Source: Candidatus Poribacteria bacterium (GTDB taxonomy: Bacteria > Poribacteria > WGA-4E > WGA-3G). Taken from it: DNA of 64,000 nt. Below, one piece after another: positions 27,385 through 37,245 of the stretch. The translations under genes were made by a program, and so were the position numbers. Position 1 is the stretch's first letter. Every line of letters starts with the position of its first letter. The notes under the pieces were generated by a model that saw nothing but the letters and a program-made list of their open reading frames with translations, searched no databases and had not been told where the DNA came from. The stretch lies in contig OY282374.1 in assembly GCA_958295815.1 (NCBI GenBank), positions 514,856 through 578,855 of the forward strand, given 5' to 3'.

Positions 27385-27553
27385 CGTGAGTTTGATAAAT
27401 ATTTAGAGTAGGCGCATTTCCGATTAAAGTCCCCCTGATAAGGGGGATTTAGGGGGTTAGATCCCTAAAAAACTCCTCATTCTGGGTGAATTTATTGCTT
27501 TTTTGCTCAATATGCGTCGGTCTTGGCTTCTAATATTTTTTTTCAAACTGGCG
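27385..27553. mobile_element. MITE-like element, 169 bp
   Basis: Imperfect TIRs CGTGAGTTTGA.../...TCAAACTGGCG; 10-bp direct repeat TTAAAATTAA at 27375-27384 and 27554-27563; internal CCCCCTGATAAGGGGG hairpin. Confidence 0.6.
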
Positions 27554-27658
27554 TTAAAATTAAAGAGATTTTAGGCAGTTCACTGCTTGTGGTTTCGTGG
27601 ACTCTGTACAAGTATTACCTGAACGCTTCAGCCCAAAAAACAGATTAGATTTAATCTA

Positions 27659-29677
27659 TTGGAACAAAAGTTGAAAGAGAATATCTTTCTGATAGTGTCG
27701 GTGCTGTTGTGCCTCTTTATCTTAGCTGAGGTCAACTATCCGCAGCTTACGCCACAAACTGAGTTGGCACTCTTCGCGATGTTTGGGTTGTTAGTAGTAT
27801 TTTTAAATTACCCTATTCATCAGCGTTTTGCCGACCGCCGCGCTTTCCAACTGTTTGATGTCGTGTTGATAGGAGCTGTGGTTGTCTGCTTCGGCTACGT
27901 CGTGGTTCAAACAGAGCCGATTTTTCAGAGGTTCTGGTTAGATGGTAAACCTCTCGGTGAACGGGCAGGGGCGGAACTGCAGATAGATTACATCATTGGT
28001 GGGTTTGGGCTTGTCTTAATCTTAGAAGCGACGCGCCGTTCTATTGGTATGACGCTTCCGCTACTCTCTCTCGCATTTCTGCTCTATGCCAGTTTTGGAC
28101 AGTTTATGCCGGATTGGCTATTTCCACATCGCGGGTATTCCATTCAACGTATTGTTAGTCAGACATTTTTGCATAGTCAAGGCGCGTTTGGCATCGCACT
28201 TCGGGTCATGTTCACTTACGTGTTCCTTTTTGTATTATTTGGTACGTTACTGGAACGCACCGGGGCTACCGGTTATGTCTTGGATTTGGCGAGACGCGTA
28301 TTCGGTTCGAGTGTAGGGGCACCTGCCAAGGTTGCGGTACTCAGCAGCGGTATGATGGGATCGCTATCAGGTTCGGCTGTCGCGAACACGGCAACAACTG
28401 GCACGTTTACGATTCCTCTGATGAAGCGTTCAGGATTTCAACCGGCGATGGCGGGTGGTATTGAGGCTGCGGCAAGTTCTGGTGGTGCATTGGTCCCGCC
28501 TATCATGGGCGCAGCGGCGTATATGATGCTGGAAATCGTAGAACCGGCTGTCACCTATTTGGAAATCATCAAGGCGGCACTGCTACCAGCGATCCTTTAC
28601 TACACCGGAATGCTGTGCATGGTGCACTTTTTTGCACGAAGCAGTAAGGAGTATGCTGTTCACAGTCCTGACGAAACAGATGGTGATGTACAAGAAGCAG
28701 AAGATAGAAAAATTATAACAGTACAAGGGGTTACCTTTCTGGCGGCGTTTGTTACGCTTATTGGATTTCTGTTGCTCGGTGCTACGCCGTTCCGTGCAGT
28801 GAGTTGGAGTCTTCTGGTAATTATTGGTATAAGCCTATTGAATTTCTTGGGACGGAGAATTCGTAAGCAAGATCCCACGACAGAAACGCGTATTGGAGTT
28901 CAGAATTTACTGAAGGGAATAGACTTCTTAGTATCGCCATGTAAGCGGGCAGCGCAGAGTGGTGTTTCTCTGATTGCAGCCGCTGCATGCGTTGGTATCA
29001 TTTTAGGTGTGGTGACGCTAACCGGCATCGGTGGCAAGTTACCATCAACACTCTTACCCCTTGCTGCTACAAATCTGATGTTGGCACTTTTCTTTCTCAT
29101 GATTTCAACAATTATTCTGGGGATGGGGTTGCCATCATCCGTCTGTTATCTACTGATGGCTATCTTGGTAGGTCCTGTGCTTCTCGACTTAGGGGTTGTC
29201 CCACTTGCTGCGCATTTTTTTATTTTTTATTTTGGGATGATGTCCATGGTGACACCACCGGTTGCCTTGGCGGCATATGCTGCGTCTGCTATTGCCGGGT
29301 CTGGAGTGATGGCGACGGGGTTCGCAGCGTTTAGGTTTGCCCTTGTCGGTTTTGCACTGCCTTACGCGTTTGTGCTACGACCGGCTCTGCTCTGGTTGAG
29401 TGCTGATGGTGGAACGCCAGAGGTCTGGACAGTTTTAGGAAACTTCTCTCTGACGTTGGTTGGAACGGTTATCTTTGCGGCAGCCATCGCTGGATACATC
29501 TTTAACAGAATGACCCTATTGACACGCGGTGTGTTGTTTATCGCTGCGTTTGTTCTCTTTTTTCTACCTATCAATGTGCAACTTGTTTGGATTCATGCGA
29601 TAGTAGTCGTTGCAAGCACCGCTATTTTCTATTATAATTGGCAGCGGAAGGAGGCGTTTCATGAAGAACCGAACTAA
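27659..29677 (+). CDS. TRAP transporter fused permease (4TM/12TM)
   Basis: LEATRR, SGSAVAN, TFTIPLMK, PPIMGAAAY, ILGMGLP and TPPVALAAY motifs. Confidence 0.93.
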   Translation: MEQKLKENIFLIVSVLLCLFILAEVNYPQLTPQTELALFAMFGLLVVFLNYPIHQRFADRRAFQLFDVVLIGAVVVCFGYVVVQTEPIFQRFWLDGKPLGERAGAELQIDYIIGGFGLVLILEATRRSIGMTLPLLSLAFLLYASFGQFMPDWLFPHRGYSIQRIVSQTFLHSQGAFGIALRVMFTYVFLFVLFGTLLERTGATGYVLDLARRVFGSSVGAPAKVAVLSSGMMGSLSGSAVANTATTGTFTIPLMKRSGFQPAMAGGIEAAASSGGALVPPIMGAAAYMMLEIVEPAVTYLEIIKAALLPAILYYTGMLCMVHFFARSSKEYAVHSPDETDGDVQEAEDRKIITVQGVTFLAAFVTLIGFLLLGATPFRAVSWSLLVIIGISLLNFLGRRIRKQDPTTETRIGVQNLLKGIDFLVSPCKRAAQSGVSLIAAAACVGIILGVVTLTGIGGKLPSTLLPLAATNLMLALFFLMISTIILGMGLPSSVCYLLMAILVGPVLLDLGVVPLAAHFFIFYFGMMSMVTPPVALAAYAASAIAGSGVMATGFAAFRFALVGFALPYAFVLRPALLWLSADGGTPEVWTVLGNFSLTLVGTVIFAAAIAGYIFNRMTLLTRGVLFIAAFVLFFLPINVQLVWIHAIVVVASTAIFYYNWQRKEAFHEEPN

Positions 29678-29861
29678 ATGGTTGTTCTACTTTCTGATTG
29701 TGTTACTGTTCTTGCTTCACAACGATTTCTGGTTTTGGAAGTCACCGCAACTCGTTTTGGGACTGCCAGTAGGGCTGCTTTATCATATCGGATTCTGTCT
29801 TGCAGTAACATTACTAATGGCTATCTTTGTCAAAGGTGGTGAAGACTGGAGGAAGCGATGA
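29661..29861 (+). CDS. Small membrane partner of SSS transporter (DUF3311-like)
   Basis: LHNDFWFW...LGLPVGLLYH, two TM helices; overlaps the symporter start. Confidence 0.75.
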   Translation: MKNRTKWLFYFLIVLLFLLHNDFWFWKSPQLVLGLPVGLLYHIGFCLAVTLLMAIFVKGGEDWRKR

Positions 29862-31303
29862 GCATCGCTGTTATTTTTATCTACCTTATTATGGTGCTGG
29901 TGCTCGGTGCTCTGAGCCATAAACTGTTCCGAAATACTGGGGAAGACTACTTTGTTGCGAGCCGGACAATCAATTGGTTCGTCCTATTGATGACGCTGTT
30001 CGGTACGAACATGACAGCGTTCTCGATTCTCGGGGCATCGGGTGAAGCCTATCATAGGGGGATCGGTGTTTTTGCACTGATGGCTTCGTCTACTGCTATA
30101 GTCGCACCGTGTGTGTTTCTCTTTATTGGGACTCGTCTCTGGCGACTCGGAAAGCGGTTTGGTTATGTGACACAGGCGCAGTACTTCCGCGACCGATGGG
30201 AGTCCAGTGGCTTGGGTCTGCTGCTCTTCATCGTGTTGGTGCTACTGCTTATTCCATATCTGCTCATTGGGGTGATGGGCGGTGGTGGAACGTTGGCGAC
30301 GCTCACAGATGGTAAAATTCCACAGTGGATGGGTGGTTTACTCATTTGCGCTGTTGTCCTGAGTTACGTTACCTACAGTGGTATGCGAGGCACTGCTTGG
30401 GTGAACACTTTCCAAACACTCGTTTTCATGGCTCTCGGAGGCGTTACCTTCTTCGTCATTGTAAACAAGATGGGCGGGTTGTCAAACGCTGTTTCTAAAG
30501 TGGATCCGGGTTTGCTGATGCAAGCGGAGCATATTAAGCCCTTGGAACTATTAACGTATATCTGTATGCCGCTCTGTGTTGGTATGTTTCCGCATATCTT
30601 TTCACATTTCCTAACGGCAAAAGAGGCTGGAACGTTCCGCTATGCGATTATCTTATATCCGCTGTGTATTGCGGTTGTCTGGATTCCGAGCGTGCTGCTC
30701 GGCATATTTGGAAATGTGGATGTCCCCGATTTAAAGGGTTCTCAGGCGAACAACGTGCTGATTCAAATGATTCATATACACGCCCCTGGGGTCTTGGCTG
30801 GGTTTTTAGGTGCCGGTGTTTTCGCTGCGATTATGTCCTCGCTGGACTCACAGTCGCTTGCGATAGGGAGTATGTTTACACACGATATCGTTGCGCATTA
30901 TCGTCGAGAAGCGTTTTCGGAAAAACAGCGGGTGTGGGTAGGACGACTATTTGTGAGTGGTGTGCTTTGTATCACTTATCTTATATCGCTCGTCGCAACC
31001 CCGAGTATTTTCAGACTCGCCGTGTGGTCATTTACTGGATTTTCGGGGCTCTTTCCGATTGTGGTCGCGGCGTTGTTTTGGCGGCGTAGCACCAAGCACG
31101 GCGTGTTCGCCGCAATCATAAGTGTTATTGTATTATGGCTCTATTTCTTTCTCCGAAATTGGCAGACACCGGGGTATACTGTCGGTGGAACCGGGATTAT
31201 GCCTGTTGCGGTCTTGATTATTGTTTCCTCTTGTACGCTAATACTCGTTTCTCTGTTCACAAAACCGCCGAGCACACAAACACTTGGAAAATTTTTTGAT
31301 TAA
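29858..31303 (+). CDS. Sodium:solute symporter family protein
   Basis: DYFVASR, GMRGTAW and FAAIMSSLDS motifs; about 13 TM helices. Confidence 0.93.
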   Translation: MSIAVIFIYLIMVLVLGALSHKLFRNTGEDYFVASRTINWFVLLMTLFGTNMTAFSILGASGEAYHRGIGVFALMASSTAIVAPCVFLFIGTRLWRLGKRFGYVTQAQYFRDRWESSGLGLLLFIVLVLLLIPYLLIGVMGGGGTLATLTDGKIPQWMGGLLICAVVLSYVTYSGMRGTAWVNTFQTLVFMALGGVTFFVIVNKMGGLSNAVSKVDPGLLMQAEHIKPLELLTYICMPLCVGMFPHIFSHFLTAKEAGTFRYAIILYPLCIAVVWIPSVLLGIFGNVDVPDLKGSQANNVLIQMIHIHAPGVLAGFLGAGVFAAIMSSLDSQSLAIGSMFTHDIVAHYRREAFSEKQRVWVGRLFVSGVLCITYLISLVATPSIFRLAVWSFTGFSGLFPIVVAALFWRRSTKHGVFAAIISVIVLWLYFFLRNWQTPGYTVGGTGIMPVAVLIIVSSCTLILVSLFTKPPSTQTLGKFFD

Positions 31304-31619
31304 TTGTTAGTAACGCGACCACCAAAAGAATAAGAAAAAGGGCACAGCAAACTGGTAAGGTTTCGAGAGTATTCTAACGCAAGTTGCCGTTTTCTAAACA
31401 GGGTTCCTTTCCCTTGAATTTAGTTCTTGAACCGTGCTATTATCATATTGAGAAATCATTTACATTAAATGGAATTATCATTATAATGTTTTTGGAATTT
31501 AGTCAGCGTTGTTTTGCTTAGCGGACAACAAGATTGTTCGAATATCTTTCAAGGTTTTGTCAAGGAAAAAAGGAGGCGGACGGACCTCTCTAACCTGAGG
31601 GTTGAGGTTTTTAGTCCGA

Positions 31620-32405
31620 ATGTTGATGGCACCCAAAAAAACTATTTGTTTTCTTTTACTGATAACATGCATCTTCGCATGCGAGAAAGCTGAAGAACCA
31701 CTTGAACCGGAACCTGAAGAACCGATAGTTCTTGAGTATGGCACTGTTTCTGGTACTGTTACTGATGCTGGGACAGGAAACCCTATCCCTGGCGTCCTTG
31801 TAACCCTATTTGAGAAAGCAATCCTAACCGGTATAGATGGTGCTTACACTTTTCAAAACGTTCTTTACGGGGATGCCCATGCCCTGATGGCAGAGGATAT
31901 GCATTACAAGCCTCATAGTCAGTCTGTTGCCCTCAAACAAGAACGCTTGACCGTGAATGTTGCGCTAACACCGTTAAAGGATCCGGTGCTGGAAATAGAG
32001 GATTTTTTTGAGCATTTCTCCGACCTACTTGAGTCTGTAGATATGGAAAATATTGAAGCGATTCAGGCACTTTTTTCGGAAACTTATGCCGCTGCAGATG
32101 ATGATGCTACCGTCTTCGGTGTAGCGTCAGGAATAATTCCTGAAAATTATGAAGATATCGATCCAGCGATTAGCCAACTTTTTATGGAGTATACCTTCCT
32201 TGAATTCATATTCCAGGACGTGGAGATGGATGTGAAGCATGCCAAGAAAGCGGCTGTAACACTTCGGCTTGATGTGAACGCGAGAAAAGAGGGGGAAGAA
32301 GACTTAAGAGAAATCAAAGCCGATTGTAAATTTGAGTTCCGGCGTGAAGGCGCAGATTGGAAAATTGTATACTGGCAGCTTCTTGCAATAGACATCCGCT
32401 TGTGA
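31620..32405 (+). CDS. Lipoprotein with carboxypeptidase-regulatory-like domain and NTF2-like C-terminus
   Basis: Lipobox IFAC; GTVSGTVTDAGTGNPIPGV; FRREGADWKIV; start uncertain (31620 or 31626). Confidence 0.7.
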   Translation: MLMAPKKTICFLLLITCIFACEKAEEPLEPEPEEPIVLEYGTVSGTVTDAGTGNPIPGVLVTLFEKAILTGIDGAYTFQNVLYGDAHALMAEDMHYKPHSQSVALKQERLTVNVALTPLKDPVLEIEDFFEHFSDLLESVDMENIEAIQALFSETYAAADDDATVFGVASGIIPENYEDIDPAISQLFMEYTFLEFIFQDVEMDVKHAKKAAVTLRLDVNARKEGEEDLREIKADCKFEFRREGADWKIVYWQLLAIDIRL

Positions 32406-32449
32406 TTTCGAGGGTGGGACTTTCAAACTCGCGAGCAACGATATAGTAT

Positions 32450-33295
32450 CTAACACTGAGATAGAAAATTCGCAAGGGCTGCGAATTCTGTGATGTCTAA
32501 TGTTTCAGGGCGTCGCTCTGGGGCTATGCCGAGTTCCTCAAACGCAGCTGCCAATCCATCTGCCGACGCGAATCTGCCGCGGACTAAGGCGTTTTTTAGC
32601 ATTTTTCGTCGTGTCCTGAACGCCGTCCGTACGACTTTAAAGAACAGTTCCTCATCTTCGACGTCAACCTTCGGACTTTTGTGCATCGTCAGTTTTAGAA
32701 CGGCAGAATCTACCTTCGGTGCGGGGTAAAAGTTTTCTGGCGATAGCGTGGCAATTAGCGTCGTTTCAGCATGATAAGCGACACCAATCGTCATGGCACC
32801 ATACTCCTTCCCTCCGGGTCCAGCAACAATCCTTTCCGCTACTTCCTTCTGCATCATTAATATACAACTGTGAATCTGTTTCTGATGGGCAAGAAGTTTC
32901 CACAAAATGGGTGTTGTGATATTGTAGGGCAGATTTGCGATGACTTTGTAGAGATGTGATGCGTCGTCAGATTCAAACAGTGAATTGAATTCCAGTTTAA
33001 GGATGTCTGCGTTAAGGAGGTGGACGCGTGAATCTATGGAAAATTGCGACACTAAAGCCTTGTATAACAATTCATCCACTTCAACGGCAATGACCTGTTT
33101 GGCACGCTCCGCCAAGGTATTGGTGAGATGACCTAACCCGGCACCGATTTCTATAACGGTATCACTGTCTGTGAGTTCCCCGGCTTCAAGAATAATATTG
33201 AGCACTTCTGGATTAACGAGGAAATTCTGTCCTAATTGCTTTTTAGGGCGTGTATGATTGAGGGCAAAAAAGTCACGGACCTGTTGTTGGTTCAT
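32450..33295 (-). CDS. rsmA: 16S rRNA m6,2A dimethyltransferase
   Basis: KKQLGQNFL, EIGAGLG, ANLPYNIT, QKEVAERI and PAPKVDSA motifs. Confidence 0.96.
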   Translation of the reverse strand: MNQQQVRDFFALNHTRPKKQLGQNFLVNPEVLNIILEAGELTDSDTVIEIGAGLGHLTNTLAERAKQVIAVEVDELLYKALVSQFSIDSRVHLLNADILKLEFNSLFESDDASHLYKVIANLPYNITTPILWKLLAHQKQIHSCILMMQKEVAERIVAGPGGKEYGAMTIGVAYHAETTLIATLSPENFYPAPKVDSAVLKLTMHKSPKVDVEDEELFFKVVRTAFRTRRKMLKNALVRGRFASADGLAAAFEELGIAPERRPETLDITEFAALANFLSQC

Positions 33296-34530
33296 TTTGG
33301 GCTGTTCCGCAGCGTAACAACCTTTGTTAGAATAGTGTCTGCTATGTCGTGTTTGGAGGCACGTGGCAATTGTTCACAAGTACCGTGTCGGTCCAGCAAG
33401 GTGACGATGTTAGTGTCGGATTGGAATCCAGCACCTTCTGCGAGAATGTCGTTCGCGACAATTAGATCGCAATTTTTACGAATCAATTTCTTTTTGGCGT
33501 TCTCGAGAAGGTCGTCTGTTTCAGCAGCGAAGCAGACGAGGGTTTGATGCGTTTTCTGCTCACCAAGAGCCTGGGCTATATCTGGATTCCTTTCAAGTGG
33601 CAGTGTTAAGGGGGCATCAGTCTTTTTGATTTTATGGGGTGTAAATTCGCGTGGACGATAATCGGCAGGCGCAGCCGCCATAATAACAATGTCTGTTCCA
33701 TCGAATGCTTGCAGAACTTCGTCGTGCATCTGGAGTGTTGTCTCGACGTGTTGAGTTTTGATGCTAGCAGGTGGAGAGACAGTCGCGGCTCCGCTGATTA
33801 GACGCACTTCTGCCCCGCGCTGTGCTGCCGCTTGGGCGATAGCGTAGCCCATCTTACCGCTGGAGCGGTTGGTGATAAATCGGACTGGATCGATATACTC
33901 GCGTGTACCACCGGCTGTAACGAGGACGCGTGTGCCGCGCAGATCGTTTATTTCTGCTGTAAGCGCAGTTTCCGATTTTGCCGTGGATACCAGAATACCA
34001 CTTACGCCTTCGAGAATCGTCTCTACTGTATTCAAACGTCCTACACCTTCATAGCCGCATGCCAGATCACCGCTTGCGGGTTCAATGAAATGGAAACCGT
34101 GTGTTTTCAAAGTGTTGATGTTCCGTTGGACGATAGGATTATGATACATGTGCCCGTTCATTGCGGGTGCGAGAAGGACTGGACAATGGACGGAAACAGC
34201 AACAGTAGAGAGTGGATCATCGGCGATGCCGTTTGCGAGTTTACCAATAATATTCGCTGTTGCGGGGACAATCATGAGAAGATCGGCACGGTCGGCGAGA
34301 TCAATGTGCGGAGGTTTCCAATCTGTGCCTGTGTCAAATAAGTCCAGGAGAACCGGGTTTCGCGAGATAACTTGGAATTGCAAAGGTTGGACAAGACGGG
34401 TGGCACTCTCCGTCATAACGACGTGAACAGATGCACCGCTTTTGACAAGTTGGCTCGCCACATCAATCGATTTATGGATGGCTATACCACCTGTGACACC
34501 TAAGATGACGGTCCGATCTTTGAATTCCAT
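33292..34530 (-). CDS. coaBC: Phosphopantothenoylcysteine decarboxylase/ligase
   Basis: GVTGGIA, PATAN, APAMN, LACG and DPVRFITNRSSGKMG motifs. Confidence 0.96.
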   Translation of the reverse strand: MEFKDRTVILGVTGGIAIHKSIDVASQLVKSGASVHVVMTESATRLVQPLQFQVISRNPVLLDLFDTGTDWKPPHIDLADRADLLMIVPATANIIGKLANGIADDPLSTVAVSVHCPVLLAPAMNGHMYHNPIVQRNINTLKTHGFHFIEPASGDLACGYEGVGRLNTVETILEGVSGILVSTAKSETALTAEINDLRGTRVLVTAGGTREYIDPVRFITNRSSGKMGYAIAQAAAQRGAEVRLISGAATVSPPASIKTQHVETTLQMHDEVLQAFDGTDIVIMAAAPADYRPREFTPHKIKKTDAPLTLPLERNPDIAQALGEQKTHQTLVCFAAETDDLLENAKKKLIRKNCDLIVANDILAEGAGFQSDTNIVTLLDRHGTCEQLPRASKHDIADTILTKVVTLRNSPK

Positions 34531-34580
34531 TTTTTCTGTCGTGAAGTTGTAGCGGTACTTGTAGATCGTAAAGTCTGAAT

Positions 34581-35243
34581 CTAATCTGTACAGTCAACAC
34601 CGAGCAACGGATTAATTGTTTCTATCAGTTGATCATCAATACGGGAGCGTTCGGCGGTAATGATACCTTGAATCTGGTTGACTGCTTGCTGGACTGCGTC
34701 TTCTGGATTGCTGACCCAGTAATCATAATGTTGAATCTCGAGGACTTCAGATTTAGCGATGGCTAAACGCTGTTTCAGTTCTTTTTCTGATTCTGTTTGT
34801 CTGCGACGGAGGCGTTTCTCTAAGATGGCAAAGGATGGTGGAATGATAAAGATGAAAAGGCTTCTTGCTGAATCAAGGTCTTGTGTTCGGATTTGCGATG
34901 CGCCCTGCACCTCGATCTCTAAAATAGCGTCTTTTCCGGCTTCGCGCGCTATCGAGATTTCAGATTTGAGAGTGCCGTAGAAGTTGCCTCGGTATTCTGC
35001 CCATTCTAAGAAGCTGCCCTGCTGAATGTGTTTTTCAAACTCTGCTTTTGATAGGAAATGATAATTAACACCATCCACTTCGTCGGGACGCGGATTGCGC
35101 GTCGTTGCAGAAACGGATAGTTTTAATGTTTGATCGGCTTTGCAAAGGGCACTAACTACAGTGCTTTTCCCTGAGCCAGATGGTCCGGAGATGACAATGA
35201 CAAGGTTCGGTTTGTAGGGATGTGTATTCGCCATTGGAAGCAT
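34581..35243 (-). CDS. gmk: Guanylate kinase
   Basis: SGPSGSGKS, SVSATTRNPR, FLEWAE, YGT and EVQGA motifs. Confidence 0.96.
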   Translation of the reverse strand: MLPMANTHPYKPNLVIVISGPSGSGKSTVVSALCKADQTLKLSVSATTRNPRPDEVDGVNYHFLSKAEFEKHIQQGSFLEWAEYRGNFYGTLKSEISIAREAGKDAILEIEVQGASQIRTQDLDSARSLFIFIIPPSFAILEKRLRRRQTESEKELKQRLAIAKSEVLEIQHYDYWVSNPEDAVQQAVNQIQGIITAERSRIDDQLIETINPLLGVDCTD

Positions 35244-35283
35244 CGTGCCCTTGAAAAGATGTGTCTTGCGTCCGAGAGTGTTA

Positions 35284-35742
35284 TTAGTCTGCGGCTTCAG
35301 CCAGTTCTACAAGCACTGGCGATTCAACGCGGATAGCGTCTTTGATACAGACCTCTTCGCACAACTTGCAGCCGACACAATCCTTGGGTTTAACCAATTC
35401 GCAGATACCGAAGAAACTTTCGGCGTGTTCACCGGTGTCTGGATCTTTGAGTTCAAGGCAATCCCATGGGCAAATATGGACACAAAAGTCGCATCCAGAG
35501 CATAGTTCTTCGTAGATAACGGCGATAGGTCGGTGTGTTGGGCGGCGGATGAACTTGCACACCTCGCCGAATTGATCTCGGATTGCCTCGACGGGGCAGA
35601 CCATCCCGCACGCGCTGCAGTCAATACAAATGTTTGGATCGATGATGTGCAGCATGTTCCTATCGCCAGTTATTGCGTCAACTGGGCAGTTGGTTAAACA
35701 TGCCATACATCCGATACATTCGTCAGTGATATAGTATGCCAT
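35284..35742 (-). CDS. Polyferredoxin, four 4Fe-4S binding motifs
   Basis: Four CxxCxxCxxxC motifs; start MAYYITDEC. Confidence 0.88.
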   Translation of the reverse strand: MAYYITDECIGCMACLTNCPVDAITGDRNMLHIIDPNICIDCSACGMVCPVEAIRDQFGEVCKFIRRPTHRPIAVIYEELCSGCDFCVHICPWDCLELKDPDTGEHAESFFGICELVKPKDCVGCKLCEEVCIKDAIRVESPVLVELAEAAD

Positions 35743-35868
35743 AAGTTCTTTTCCTGTTCGCTGGCGAGATTTCCTAACCTCGCAGACCTTCATGAAATTC
35801 TCAATGCATATATTTTATCACAATCTTTACAAATTGTCAAGTGTGTTTTGATTTGCCATAATTTTCCT

Positions 35869-36050
35869 GTAGGAGGGATCTCCGAATCCCGATATTAGCT
35901 TCTCTGTAGGAGGGATCTCCGAATCCCGATACATCTTTAGCTTTCCTGTAGGAGGGATCTCCGAATCCCGATACATCTTTAGCTTTCCTGTAGGAGGGAT
36001 CTCCGAATCCCGATATTAGCTTCTCTGTAGGAGGGATCTCCGAATCCCGA
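35869..36050 (+). repeat. Tandem array of five GTAG REP-like family 1 units
   Basis: Units at 35869, 35906, 35948, 35990, 36027; linkers of 13, 18, 18, 13 nt that recur. Confidence 0.92.
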
Positions 36051-36089
36051 TAACTGACAACCGAAAATCGAAGACTGGAAACTACACCG

Positions 36090-36118
36090 TTGACATTCTG
36101 GCGGTCGTAGACTATAAT
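36090..36118 (+). promoter_or_regulatory. sigma70 promoter of the SDR gene
   Basis: Perfect TTGACA-N17-TATAAT. Confidence 0.7.
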
Positions 36119-36187
36119 AACAGTGGTATAGCCCTATGAGAGGGTGCTTTCAAACCATATAAATTATAAAAGGATAAGGTGATTCTG

Positions 36188-36958
36188 ATGGATTTAGGAT
36201 TAAAAGACAAAGTGGTGGTTGTAACAGGTGCGAGTCGCGGGATCGGACGTGCGATCGCACACAGTTTCGCTGATGAAGCGGCGCGCCTGAGTATTTGTGG
36301 CAGAACCGAAGATACACTCCAAAGCGTAACGAGTGAACTCACGGCAAAAGGCGCACAAGTCTTCGCAAAACTCACGGATGTCACAGATACAGGTCAAGTT
36401 GAGGCATTTGTAACGGAAACGCTGGAAACGTATGGCAGGATTGATGTTGTTGTGAACAACGTAGGTGGTAGCCGATGGACCCCTTTAGAAGATATTTCGG
36501 ATACCGAGTGGCACGAGATTTTCGATCTGAACCTGGTTTCTGCAGCACGGGTTAACCAACTCGCGATCCCTGAGATGAAGAAGCAAGGCAGTGGCGTGAT
36601 TCTGATGATTACTTCCATCTACGGCAGGGAGGGTGGTGGACACATTACATATAACGCCGCGAAAGCCGCCGAAATCAGTATGACAAAATCGTTGGCAAGA
36701 GAACTCGCACCGGACAATATCCGTGTAAATAGTGTCGCACCCGGTTCGATTCTCTTTCCGGGCGGCGGTTGGGCGCGCCGGATAGCAGCGGATCCAGAAG
36801 CGATGGAAGCCTTTGTGAAGAGCGATATGCCGTTGGGTAGGTTTGGGAAACCTGAAGAGATTGCGAATGTTGTTGTCTTTCTTGCCTCCGAACGGGCGAG
36901 TCTTGTAACGGGTGCCTGTGTGAACGTTGATGGGTGCCAGACGCACTCAAATATTTGA
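36188..36958 (+). CDS. Short-chain dehydrogenase/reductase
   Basis: TGASRGIG, VNNVG, YNAAK and IRVNSVAPG motifs. Confidence 0.93.
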   Translation: MDLGLKDKVVVVTGASRGIGRAIAHSFADEAARLSICGRTEDTLQSVTSELTAKGAQVFAKLTDVTDTGQVEAFVTETLETYGRIDVVVNNVGGSRWTPLEDISDTEWHEIFDLNLVSAARVNQLAIPEMKKQGSGVILMITSIYGREGGGHITYNAAKAAEISMTKSLARELAPDNIRVNSVAPGSILFPGGGWARRIAADPEAMEAFVKSDMPLGRFGKPEEIANVVVFLASERASLVTGACVNVDGCQTHSNI

Positions 36959-36980
36959 TGTGTCTTGTAGGTAGGTTGGT

Positions 36981-37027
36981 ATGCGGATTATCTCAGCTCA
37001 TTTTTTGTGAGATTATCCGCATTTTTT
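36981..37027 (+). terminator. Putative intrinsic terminator
   Basis: ATGCGGATTATCTCA...TGAGATTATCCGCAT followed by a T-run. Confidence 0.6.
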
Positions 37028-37230
37028 CCTTAACATCCTACAACTTTTGAAACTACCGTAGTAGGACTCGTAAACAACTTCTATTTTTCCAGTTGTAGTC
37101 GTTTTTCAGAAAAAAACGGCTCTTCTGTTTATCTTGATAGTGTACGCTTGTGTTCCGGTCATGCCGTGGTAAAGGATACCTTAAGATTTCAGTAGCAATT
37201 TCAACATAAACACTGCTTGTTGTTCGGCAT

Positions 37231-37245
37231 TGGCACGAAACTTGC
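37231..37245 (+). promoter_or_regulatory. sigma54 (-24/-12) promoter
   Basis: TGGCACGAAACTTGC matches TGGCACG-N4-TTGC. Confidence 0.75.

Noticed and set aside
35869..36050. Possible CRISPR array
   Set aside because: Linkers are only 13-18 nt and recur (A-B-B-A), the unit is dispersed elsewhere in the window, and there are no cas genes.
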